DNA from: an uncultured Planctomycetales bacterium
GTDB taxonomy: Bacteria; Omnitrophota; Gorgyraeia; Gygaellales; Profunditerraquicolaceae
Length of the DNA: 57,247 bases
NCBI GenBank assembly: GCA_964354795.1
Contig: CAYHBB010000021.1
Location: 1-57,247, forward strand
Reading direction: 5' to 3'
Within the stretch, counting starts at the first letter, position 1. Each line of letters starts with the position of its first letter. A model generated the notes under the pieces. That model searched no databases and was not told where the DNA came from. It worked only from the letters and a program-made list of their open reading frames with translations. Positions 21,200-30,353 of this stretch are shown in pieces. The position numbers were made by a program, and so were the translations under genes.

Positions 21200-21290
21200 G
21201 GCACGCTGCAGTGTCCTAGGTAAAATAGTAAAATCGAACAGAGACGTTCATGATGGCAAAGTATTTTGCCAGAGTGAACGTCTTTTTTTT
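21200..21290 (+). promoter_or_regulatory. ANTAR-type dual hairpin and terminator upstream of the gltBD unit
   Basis: GGCAC-gctgca-GTGTC, GAAC-agagac-GTTC overlapping AGACGTTCAT..GTGAACGTCT plus T-run. Confidence 0.7.
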
Positions 21291-21321
21291 GAGCCAGCGC
21301 TGATTAAATTTTAGGCATAAT

Positions 21322-21699
21322 ATGCTCACTATAGTGATAGCGGATGACGAGATGAAGGCAAAAGAGGCGCTTGAAAAGTTATTCAGGGAGCAGGGGTATG
21401 TTTTCTCTGAAGAAGCAAATCAGGGCAATATTATCAGGTTCGTGAAAAAAGACTGTATCCGTGACCTTGCTTTTATAAAAGATAAGGCCATTGAACTGGG
21501 GGATGAGCTTTTTAGCGAGAAAAAAGGCGTGCTTTATAAGTCGGTATTAGAAGCTATTGAAAAGCCCTTGATCGAGCAGACGCTGGAGCGTACTGAGGGA
21601 AACCAGCTTAAGGCTGCCAGGATTCTGGGGATAAACCGTAATACTATGCGCGCAAAGATTAAGAAGCTGGGTATTAACACGCAGCATTATAGAAGATAA
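21322..21699 (+). CDS. Small Fis/NtrC-type HTH protein with truncated receiver-like N-terminus
   Basis: IVIADDE N-terminus; C-terminal EKPLIEQTLERTEGNQLKAARILGINRNT. Confidence 0.8.
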   Translation: MLTIVIADDEMKAKEALEKLFREQGYVFSEEANQGNIIRFVKKDCIRDLAFIKDKAIELGDELFSEKKGVLYKSVLEAIEKPLIEQTLERTEGNQLKAARILGINRNTMRAKIKKLGINTQHYRR

Positions 21700-24600
21700 T
21701 GAAGATGAATAATCGGGAAAAGACTGCAAAATTTGGTTTATATGATCCGCAGTTTGAACATGATTCCTGCGGGGTGGGGTTTGTCTGCGATATCAAGGGT
21801 CGCAAGTCTAATTCTATAGTCCGGCAGGGTATTGAGGTTTTGCATAGGTTGGCGCATCGCGGGGCGGTGGGCGCAGATCCGAAAACCGGAGACGGGGCAG
21901 GCCTCTTGATCCAGATGCCGCATGATTTCTTCAAAAAAATAGCGAAGGAGTCCAAGATTGATTTACCTCAACCGGGGGCATACGGGACCGGGTTGATATT
22001 CCTGCCCCAGGGTGGCCAAGAGCGTCAATTCTGCAAAGAAGCGTTTGAGAAGGCTATAAAAGAGCAGGGCCAGATGCTTTTGGGTTGGCGTGTGGTCCCT
22101 ATAGACAATTCTGGTATTGGAGAAAGCGCCAAAACAACTCAGCCTGTTTTTGAGCAGGTATTTATCGCACGAAACAAGGACTTAAGCGATGATCTGGCAT
22201 TTGAAAGGCAGCTCTATTGTATAAGGAAACGGGGTGAGAATGCTGTCGGTTCATCTGAGCTTAAGCAAAAAAAGGCTTTTTATATCACTAATCTTTCCTG
22301 CCGCACATTTTCTTACAAGGGCCTGCTTATGCCAAATCAGCTGGATAATTTCTTTCTTGACCTGAAGGATGAATTAATGAGCAGCGCTTTATGCCTTGTG
22401 CACTCGCGTTATTCAACTAATACTTTTCCTACCTGGGACCTGGCGCAGCCCTTCAGGTTCCTGGCCCATAACGGAGAAATTAATACTATCCGCGGCAATA
22501 TAAACGGGGTAAGCGCCAGAGAGCGTCTCTTGACAAGTGAGTTATTCGGTCCGGATATTGAGCTACTCAAGCCGGTGATCGTTGAGGGGGGAAGTGATTC
22601 CGCGGCAATCGATAATTTCTTTGAGCTTTTAGTTTTATCAGGCAGGTCTCTGGAACACGCGATGATGATGCTTATTCCCGCTGCCTGGGAGCATGATTTA
22701 CAGATGAGTCGGGAACTCAGGGAATTTTACAAATATCATGCCTGTTTTATGGAGCCGTGGGACGGGCCGGCAGCAATAGCCTTCACAGACGGAAAAAGTA
22801 TTGGCGCCGTGCTGGACAGAAACGGCCTGCGTCCCGCCCGTTATATTATAACCAAAGATGACTTTGTGGTCATGGCGTCTGAGGTGGGTGTTTTGGATAT
22901 CGATCCTTCGCAAATCAAAGTCTCCGGGAGGCTTGAGCCGGGTAAAATATTCTTTATCGATACCGAGTCCGGCCGGATAGTGGAAGATACTGATATCAAG
23001 AAAAAGGTTTCTATGCGCTCTGCATATGGAAAATGGAATGAAGAGAGCATGGTGGATTTGGATAAGCTGATCTCAAGCGCAGCTGCGAATAAAAGGCCGC
23101 AGGATTTAATTTCCAGCCTTAAGGTTTTTGGTTATTCGCGCGAAGACCTAAAGCTTATCTTAAGGCCCATGGCCCAGGAAGGTAAGGAGCCAGTGGGCTC
23201 CATGGGTAATGACGCGCCCCATGCTTTTTTGTCAAAGATGCCGCAGGTCCTTTATAACTATTTCAAGCAGCTATTCGCGCAGGTGACCAATCCACCTATT
23301 GATTCCATACGGGAAAAAATAGTGATGAGCCTGGAAAGCTACATAGGGCCTGAAAAAAACATCCTTGAGGAGACGCCTAAACATAGCCACAAACTCAGGG
23401 TGCGTAATCCCATATTGCGTGATGAGGAGCTTGAGAAGATCCGCGATATCAGCATAAACAGTTTTAAGGCAAAAACGATATTTACTTTTTTTGACGCAGC
23501 TAGCGGCCAGGATGGATTCTTGCACGCCCTGGAGAGGATATGTTTTGAGGCGGAATACGCCATCGAGAAAGGTTATTCTTTTATAATATTAAGCGACCGG
23601 GGAACAGATAGGGATAATATCGCGCTGCCGGCGCTTCTGGCTACCAGCGCCATACACCATTATCTGGTGAAAAAGACCATACGTTCGCAGGTCGCTTTGA
23701 TAGTAGAAAGCGCAGAGCCCAGAGAAGTGCACCATATGGCCTTACTTTTCGGTTACGGAGCGGATTGCGTAAATCCCTATCTTGCTTATCAGGCGATAGA
23801 ATATCTCATAGAGGAAAAAGAGATAAGCCTTGACCGTAAGATCGCGCTGAAAAATTATAATAAGGCATTAACAGATGGGATATTAAAAATATTATCCAAG
23901 ATGGGCATATCTACCCTAAGGAGTTACCGCGGGGCGCAGATATTCGAGGCGCTGGGCCTGGAGAATGAGTTTATAGATAAGTATTTTACCGGAACCGTAT
24001 CGCGTCTTTCCGGGGTCGGTCTTGAAGGGATAATGGAGGATACAATAAATAGGCATAGGGAGGCTTATTGCGCAAGGGACATAGAGACAAATTACCTCTC
24101 AAGCGGTGGCGTATATCAGTGGAAAAGGGATGGAGAAACCCACCTTTGGAACCCGCAAAGCATAGCAGCTTTACAGGATGCCGCAAGAGAGGCTGATTAT
24201 GGCAAGTATAAGGAGTTTGCTGCGCTGATAAACAACCAGTCGCAAAATCCTACTACCCTGCGCAGTCTTCTGAAATTTAAGGTAGCCAAGCCGATTTCTA
24301 TTGATGAGGTAGAGCCGATTGAGAATATTATGCGGCGATTTGTGACCGGGGCGATGAGTTTTGGCTCGATAAGTGCCGCGGCGCACGAGACTATCGCTAT
24401 CGCAATGAATCGCATAGGCGGTAAGTCTAACACCGGAGAGGGTGGCGAGGATCCCAATAGATTCGTGGCCCTGCCCAACGGTGATTCCCGCAGGAGCGCT
24501 ATAAAACAGGTAGCTTCGGGAAGGTTCGGGGTCACCATAAATTATCTGGTCAACGCGGATGAAATACAGATAAAGATCGCTCAAGGCGCGAAACCCGGAG

Positions 24601-26237
24601 AGGGTGGGCAATTGCCCGGGCATAAAGTAAGCGGCGTGATTGCAAGGACCAGGTATACTACTCCCGGAGTGACGCTTATATCTCCTCCTCCGCACCACGA
24701 TATATATTCTATCGAGGATCTCGCACAGCTAATATTTGACCTGAAGAACGCCAATTCTCAGGCGCGGGTCAGCGTCAAGCTTGTTTCCGAAGTTGGGGTG
24801 GGTACGGTTGCGGCAGGAGTGGCTAAGGGCCACGCCGACATGATTTTAATCTCCGGGGGAGACGGTGGCACGGGAGCCTCTCCTTTAAGCTCAATAAAAT
24901 ACGCTGGGCTTCCCTGGGAGCTGGGCCTTTCCGAGACGCATCAGACGCTTTTGCTGAATAACCTGCGTTCCAGGGTCCGCCTGCAGACTGACGGACAGAT
25001 ACGTACCGGCCGCGATGTGGCGATAGCGGCAATGCTGGGAGCGGAAGAGTATGGTTTTTGCTCGGCAGTGCTGGTAGTAATGGGCTGCGTTATGCTAAGG
25101 CACTGCCATCTTAATAACTGTTCGGTGGGCGTAGCTACGCAGGATGATTGTCTGCAGAAAAGGTTTAGGGGCAGGCCGGAACATATAGTAAATTATTTTC
25201 GTTTTGTCGCCGAGGAACTTCGCCAGATCATGGCGCTCCTTGGCTTAAGGACAATAGATGAGATGATAGGAAGAACAGACCTTCTTGAGATAGATAGCGC
25301 CATTGTACCGACTAAGGCAAAGGGCGTGGATTATTCCCGCATTCTCTATAAACCTGAGGTTCCCGAGGGTGTAGGCCGATACTGTAAGTCCAGGCAGGAT
25401 AGCGGCCTGGATGCGGTCCTGGATAAAGAGCTTATAAAGATGTGCCGGGAAGGCCTTGAGAAAAATAAGCCGGTGAATCTCTCAAGCAAGATTAATAATA
25501 CTAACAGGGCCGTTGGCGCAATGTTAAGCGCAGAGGTGTGCAAGAGATGCGGGGATAACGTTCTTTTGGAAGATACCATTACCTGTAAATTTACAGGCAT
25601 TGCCGGACAGAGTTTCGGCGCGTTTCTGGCTAAGGGTATTACCTTTGAGCTGGAGGGGATGGCCAATGACTATGTAGGTAAAGGGATATCAGGAGGAAAG
25701 ATTATAATATATCCCGATAAAGAATCCGAGTATAAGTCCGATGAGAATATACTTATCGGTAACACTACATTCTATGGGGCAATATCCGGTGAGGCATATA
25801 TCAGTGGGATCGCCGGAGAAAGGTTTTGTATAAGGAATTCCGGGCTCTATGCTGTTGTGGAGGGAGTGGGAGACCACGGGTGTGAGTATATGACCGGAGG
25901 AAGAGTGGTTGTATTAGGTAAGACCGGAAGAAATTTCGCCGCCGGTATGTCAGGCGGGATAGCTTATGTGTATGATGAAGATAAGGCCTTCAGGAACAGG
26001 TGCAACATGGATATGGTCGAGCTGGAAAAGATCAGGGAAGTTGACTTAGATACAATATATAACCTGTTGCATAACCATTTTAAGTACACCTTAAGCAGCA
26101 AGGCAAAAAAAATTATCAATAATCTTTCCGAAGAGCTTAAGAATTTCGTCAAAGTCATACCGATAGAGTATAAGAATATCCTTGAGGGAGTGAAACTAGA
26201 GGAAAAGCTGGATTTAGCGGAGGCGTCTGATGGGTGA
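21699..26237 (+). CDS. gltB: Glutamate synthase large subunit
   Basis: EHDSCGVGF, HSRYSTNTFP, KSNTGEGGE, IKQVASGRFGV, GDHGCEYMTGG. Confidence 0.98.
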   Translation: MKMNNREKTAKFGLYDPQFEHDSCGVGFVCDIKGRKSNSIVRQGIEVLHRLAHRGAVGADPKTGDGAGLLIQMPHDFFKKIAKESKIDLPQPGAYGTGLIFLPQGGQERQFCKEAFEKAIKEQGQMLLGWRVVPIDNSGIGESAKTTQPVFEQVFIARNKDLSDDLAFERQLYCIRKRGENAVGSSELKQKKAFYITNLSCRTFSYKGLLMPNQLDNFFLDLKDELMSSALCLVHSRYSTNTFPTWDLAQPFRFLAHNGEINTIRGNINGVSARERLLTSELFGPDIELLKPVIVEGGSDSAAIDNFFELLVLSGRSLEHAMMMLIPAAWEHDLQMSRELREFYKYHACFMEPWDGPAAIAFTDGKSIGAVLDRNGLRPARYIITKDDFVVMASEVGVLDIDPSQIKVSGRLEPGKIFFIDTESGRIVEDTDIKKKVSMRSAYGKWNEESMVDLDKLISSAAANKRPQDLISSLKVFGYSREDLKLILRPMAQEGKEPVGSMGNDAPHAFLSKMPQVLYNYFKQLFAQVTNPPIDSIREKIVMSLESYIGPEKNILEETPKHSHKLRVRNPILRDEELEKIRDISINSFKAKTIFTFFDAASGQDGFLHALERICFEAEYAIEKGYSFIILSDRGTDRDNIALPALLATSAIHHYLVKKTIRSQVALIVESAEPREVHHMALLFGYGADCVNPYLAYQAIEYLIEEKEISLDRKIALKNYNKALTDGILKILSKMGISTLRSYRGAQIFEALGLENEFIDKYFTGTVSRLSGVGLEGIMEDTINRHREAYCARDIETNYLSSGGVYQWKRDGETHLWNPQSIAALQDAAREADYGKYKEFAALINNQSQNPTTLRSLLKFKVAKPISIDEVEPIENIMRRFVTGAMSFGSISAAAHETIAIAMNRIGGKSNTGEGGEDPNRFVALPNGDSRRSAIKQVASGRFGVTINYLVNADEIQIKIAQGAKPGEGGQLPGHKVSGVIARTRYTTPGVTLISPPPHHDIYSIEDLAQLIFDLKNANSQARVSVKLVSEVGVGTVAAGVAKGHADMILISGGDGGTGASPLSSIKYAGLPWELGLSETHQTLLLNNLRSRVRLQTDGQIRTGRDVAIAAMLGAEEYGFCSAVLVVMGCVMLRHCHLNNCSVGVATQDDCLQKRFRGRPEHIVNYFRFVAEELRQIMALLGLRTIDEMIGRTDLLEIDSAIVPTKAKGVDYSRILYKPEVPEGVGRYCKSRQDSGLDAVLDKELIKMCREGLEKNKPVNLSSKINNTNRAVGAMLSAEVCKRCGDNVLLEDTITCKFTGIAGQSFGAFLAKGITFELEGMANDYVGKGISGGKIIIYPDKESEYKSDENILIGNTTFYGAISGEAYISGIAGERFCIRNSGLYAVVEGVGDHGCEYMTGGRVVVLGKTGRNFAAGMSGGIAYVYDEDKAFRNRCNMDMVELEKIREVDLDTIYNLLHNHFKYTLSSKAKKIINNLSEELKNFVKVIPIEYKNILEGVKLEEKLDLAEASDG

Positions 26238-27675
26238 TCCGAGAGGTTTTCTAAAACTGGCAAGAATTAATAGCTCTTACCGGCAGGTATGTGAGCGCAT
26301 CCGGGATTTCGCGGAGGTTTCCAAAGCGCGCCCTGAGAAGCAGTCGCAGGAACAGGCTTCGCGCTGCATGGACTGCTCTACGCCATTTTGCCATTCAGGT
26401 TGCCCGATAGGAAACTATATCCCGGAGTGGAATGACTATATGTTCCGCGGAAACTGGAAGGAAGCTATAGCATTGCTAGAGGCCACAAATAACCTTCCTG
26501 AAATAACCGGAAGGATCTGTCCAGCATTGTGCGAGTATGCCTGTGTATTGGGGCTAAACGATGACGCGGTGACCATCCGCGAGAATGAGCTATCGCTTAT
26601 AGAATACGGTTTCAAAAACGGAGCGATCAAACCGAGCATTATTGCATATAAGACAGGCAAGAAAATAGCGGTTATCGGTTCAGGCCCGGCAGGGTTATCC
26701 TGCGCAGCGCAGCTTAACCGGGCAGGCCATAATGTTATTGTTTTTGAGCGGGATGAGCGACCTGGCGGGATATTGCGCTATGGTATCCCGGATTTTAAGC
26801 TCGCCAAACACCTTATAGACCGGCGAATTGATGTCTGGAAAGAGGAAGGCGTTGAATTCAGGACCAGCGTGGATGTCGGCAAGGATTATCCGGCGAATAA
26901 ACTTTTAAGCGATTTTGACGCGGTTTGTTTGGCAGGTGGTTCCCGCGTGCCGCGGGATCTTTTAATCCAGGGCAGGGAATTAAAAGGGATATATTTTGCC
27001 ATGGATTACCTGATGCAATCAAACAAGTGCGTGGCTAAGGAAATAATTCCCAAAGATGAAATTATTGATGCGAAAGGAAAGAAAGTGGTAGTCATCGGAG
27101 GAGGGGATACCGGCGCCGATTGCGTAGGTACAGCTCATCGTCAAGGCGCTTCATGTGTAGTGCAAATTGAAGTGATGCCGAGGCCTGATGAATGTAGGAC
27201 CAGCGCTTACCCCTGGCCGAAATATCCTCTGCTTCTTAAGACATCCTCCAGCCACGAAGAAGGCGGAGAACGTCACTGGGCGGTATTGACAAAGAGCTTT
27301 ATTGGGGGAAATGGTTGCGTAAATAAGCTTTCCTGCGTAAGGGTGGATTTTACTCAAATAGATGCTAAAGCCTGCCCTGTTATGAAAGAGGTTTCGGGAA
27401 GCGAGTTTGAAATCGAGGCGGACCTGGTGATTCTGGCCATGGGTTTCCTGCATCCTGAGCATCTAGGCCTGCTAACTGAGCTGAAAGTCAAATTTGACAA
27501 GCGGGGCAACGTGTCAACCGATTCAAATTATATGACCTCGGTTGAAAAGGTGTTCTCCGCGGGAGATATGCGGCGTGGGCAATCGCTGGTGGTCTGGGCG
27601 ATTTCAGAAGGAAGGCGCGCAGCTTATTTTATAGATAAATACCTGATGGGTGAAAGCAATCTGGCGATTATGTAG
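26230..27675 (+). CDS. gltD: Glutamate synthase small subunit
   Basis: MGDPRGFL, RCMDC.TPFCH.GCP, GGGDTGADC, GDMRRGQSLVVWAISEGR. Confidence 0.97.
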   Translation: MGDPRGFLKLARINSSYRQVCERIRDFAEVSKARPEKQSQEQASRCMDCSTPFCHSGCPIGNYIPEWNDYMFRGNWKEAIALLEATNNLPEITGRICPALCEYACVLGLNDDAVTIRENELSLIEYGFKNGAIKPSIIAYKTGKKIAVIGSGPAGLSCAAQLNRAGHNVIVFERDERPGGILRYGIPDFKLAKHLIDRRIDVWKEEGVEFRTSVDVGKDYPANKLLSDFDAVCLAGGSRVPRDLLIQGRELKGIYFAMDYLMQSNKCVAKEIIPKDEIIDAKGKKVVVIGGGDTGADCVGTAHRQGASCVVQIEVMPRPDECRTSAYPWPKYPLLLKTSSSHEEGGERHWAVLTKSFIGGNGCVNKLSCVRVDFTQIDAKACPVMKEVSGSEFEIEADLVILAMGFLHPEHLGLLTELKVKFDKRGNVSTDSNYMTSVEKVFSAGDMRRGQSLVVWAISEGRRAAYFIDKYLMGESNLAIM

Positions 27676-27763
27676 CACCCAACCTTATCGGATGGATTGG
27701 TGTGCTGCTTGCTGCGGAACACCTGGCTTTATAGGATAAGCCAGTGTTCTGCTTGCTGCAGAA
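27676..27763 (+). repeat. Two tandem family-A elements (44-bp period)
   Basis: CACCCAACC-ttatcggat-GGATTGGTG..; CACCTGGCTT-tataggat-AAGCCAGTG TTCTGC-ttgct-GCAGAA. Confidence 0.75.
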
Positions 27764-27774
27764 GGGGATAAAAT

Positions 27775-30342
27775 ATGATAAGCACAGGGATAAAAGGTTT
27801 GGACAATGTGATTACTGGCCTAAGGGCCGGGGATAATGTGGTCTGGCAGATAGACGATATAGAAGATTATATCGACCTGGTGAAGCCGTTTGTGCGGCAG
27901 GCGCTAGAGGAGAAAAAGAAAGTCATTTACATCAGGTTTGCATCGCATAAAGAGCTGCTTAAGCCCTCAAAAGAGATAAGGCGATATGAGTTGAATGCTT
28001 ATGCCGGTTTTGAGTCTTTTACCACAAAGGTGAATAATATCATCACTCAGGAGGGCGTTGGCGCATACTATGTTTTCGATTGCCTGTCGGAACTTCTTTT
28101 GGCTTGGGCCACTGACCTCATGATCGGAAACTTTTTTATGGTAACCTGCCCGTATCTTTATGAGCTTAAGACCTTGACCTATTTCTCGATATTGCGCAAT
28201 AACCACTCCTTTAAGTCCATAGCCCGTATTCGTGAGACTACGCAGCTCTTAATGGATGTGTATCATTGTGAGGGCAATTGCTTTATTCATCCCTTAAAAG
28301 TCTGGAACCGTTATTCCCCTACGATGTTTCTTCCCCATCAGAAAGAAGGCGATAAATTTATCCCCATCACCGACAGCGTGAACGTCACAAATATCCTAAC
28401 TTATATCCGGGAAAAGGGTGCTGAGAGCGCAAAGAGGAATCTGGACTATTGGGACAGGTTGTTTCTTGAGGCAGAGGAGCTGATCAAGAATAAGGCCCCG
28501 GAGGATCGTAAGAAAGAGATGGTCAAAAGGCTCTGTAGTATCATGATCACAAAGAATAAAAAGATACTTTCCCTGGCGATAAATAATTTCTCGCTCGAAG
28601 AGATCATCGATATAAAGTCCAGGCTGATAGGTACCGGGTTTATCGGCGGCAAAGCCGTGGGGATGCTTTTGGCCAGGAAAATACTTGCTAAAGCCAAGCA
28701 GCTTGACTGGCAGAAGCTTTCTGAGCCGCATGATTCATTTTACATAGGTTCAGATATATTCTATTCATATGTCGTTGAGAACCGCTGGTGGAAATTGCAT
28801 ATGCAGCAGAAGACCGACGAGGGGTATTTTAATATCGCCAAAGTCATGAAGGAAAAAATGCTCTACGGGGTTTTCCCGGAAGAGATCATGGAGCATTTCC
28901 AGCAGATCATAGAATATTTCGGCTCTTCTCCCATTATTGTGCGTTCAAGCTCATTACTGGAGGATGATTTCGGAAACGCGTTTGCCGGTAAATATGAAAG
29001 CATATTTCTGGCTAATCAGGGCACCCCAGAGCAAAGGTATATCCAGTTCGCAGAGGCCGTAAGAAATGTCTATACCAGCACTATGAATGAAGACGCGCTT
29101 ACTTACAGGAAACAAAGGGGCCTGGATAAGTCGGATGAGCAAATGGCGCTTTTGGTGCAGCGGGTTTCCGGTGACTACCACAAAAATTATTTTTTTCCTG
29201 ATCTTGCCGGAGTGGGGGTTTCCTACAATACCTATGTATGGAATAAAGAGATAAATCCTAAGGCGGGGATGCTCAGGATGGTATTCGGCCTGGGCACCAG
29301 GGCAGTCAATCGTGTGGAAGGAGATTATCCCAGGATGGTGGCGCTGGATGACCCTTTGCGCAGGCCCTATGCGGAAAAAGACGACCTGAGGAAATACTCG
29401 CAGCATGAGGTCGATCTTATAGACATCAAGGCCAATGAGCTTAAGACTGTTCCATTTGAAAAAGTTGTAAGCGAAAGATCCTATACCGATATAAGCCGCG
29501 TAGCAGTCAAAGATTATGAGGCGATGAAGATGATGGCTGAAAGGGCGGGAAAAGACAAAGAGTATTGGATCCTGACGCTGGATAATTTGTTTAAGGACGA
29601 TGTTTTGGCGGGTTCCCTGAAAAAAATCCTGAAATCTCTTGAGGAAAACTATGATTATCCTGTGGAGATAGAATTCACCGTAAATTTTACAAAGGACAGC
29701 TCCTTCAAGATCAATCTCTTGCAATGCCGGCCGCTGCAGACGCGCGGTATCGGCCATAAAGTCGCTATCCCTGAACAGGTGAAGAAAGAGAGTATTCTTT
29801 TTGAATCGCGCGGATATTTCTTAGGCGGGAATATCTCGCAGAAAATATCCTGGATCATTTATGTGGATGCCGAGAAGTACACTAAGCTTGTCTTATCGGA
29901 TAAGTATGAGGTGGCTCGCATAGTGGGAAAATTAAACCGGACCATAAAAGATAAGGAGGAGCTGCCTACTCTTTTGATGGGGCCGGGCAGATGGGGCACA
30001 ACGACGCCGTCGTTGGGTGTATCGGTAAAATTCGCAGAGATCAATAATATAGCCGTCCTGGCGGAAGTCGCTTTTTCAGAAGGCAATCTTATGCCGGAGC
30101 TTTCTTACGGAACTCACTTTTTTCAGGACTTGGTCGAGACAAATATATTCTACGTCGCGCTTTTTCCGGATAAAAAAGACGTGGTCTTTAATAAGGGGTT
30201 GTTCGCGCAGTCAAAAAGCCTCTTTAGTGAGCTTATACCCGAATTTTCCAAGTTTGAGGATGTCATCGGCGTCTACGATGTAAGTAGCAAGGGTTTAAAA
30301 ATAATGTCAGATGTGGTGTCTCAGAAAGTGATATGTTTCTAA
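27775..30342 (+). CDS. PEP/pyruvate-binding (PPDK/PEP-synthase N-domain) protein with degenerate KaiC/RecA-like N-terminus
   Basis: ISTGIKGLD N-terminus; IGGKA, IVRSSSLLED.FGNAFAGKYES, GLGTRAV, LLQCRPL, PGRWGT, SYGTHFFQ. Confidence 0.8.
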   Translation: MISTGIKGLDNVITGLRAGDNVVWQIDDIEDYIDLVKPFVRQALEEKKKVIYIRFASHKELLKPSKEIRRYELNAYAGFESFTTKVNNIITQEGVGAYYVFDCLSELLLAWATDLMIGNFFMVTCPYLYELKTLTYFSILRNNHSFKSIARIRETTQLLMDVYHCEGNCFIHPLKVWNRYSPTMFLPHQKEGDKFIPITDSVNVTNILTYIREKGAESAKRNLDYWDRLFLEAEELIKNKAPEDRKKEMVKRLCSIMITKNKKILSLAINNFSLEEIIDIKSRLIGTGFIGGKAVGMLLARKILAKAKQLDWQKLSEPHDSFYIGSDIFYSYVVENRWWKLHMQQKTDEGYFNIAKVMKEKMLYGVFPEEIMEHFQQIIEYFGSSPIIVRSSSLLEDDFGNAFAGKYESIFLANQGTPEQRYIQFAEAVRNVYTSTMNEDALTYRKQRGLDKSDEQMALLVQRVSGDYHKNYFFPDLAGVGVSYNTYVWNKEINPKAGMLRMVFGLGTRAVNRVEGDYPRMVALDDPLRRPYAEKDDLRKYSQHEVDLIDIKANELKTVPFEKVVSERSYTDISRVAVKDYEAMKMMAERAGKDKEYWILTLDNLFKDDVLAGSLKKILKSLEENYDYPVEIEFTVNFTKDSSFKINLLQCRPLQTRGIGHKVAIPEQVKKESILFESRGYFLGGNISQKISWIIYVDAEKYTKLVLSDKYEVARIVGKLNRTIKDKEELPTLLMGPGRWGTTTPSLGVSVKFAEINNIAVLAEVAFSEGNLMPELSYGTHFFQDLVETNIFYVALFPDKKDVVFNKGLFAQSKSLFSELIPEFSKFEDVIGVYDVSSKGLKIMSDVVSQKVICF

Positions 30343-30353
30343 GCTCTAAGATC

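Noticed and set aside
21198-21215. sigma54 promoter (AGGCACG..; also AGGCACA at 14756)
   Set aside because: No TTGC/GC at the required -12 position; the sequences are better explained as hairpins.
28954-29757. Long antisense ORFs (267 aa here; also 6713-7317, 9445-9936, 24171-24698)
   Set aside because: Fully antisense to well-supported genes, with no recognisable motifs.
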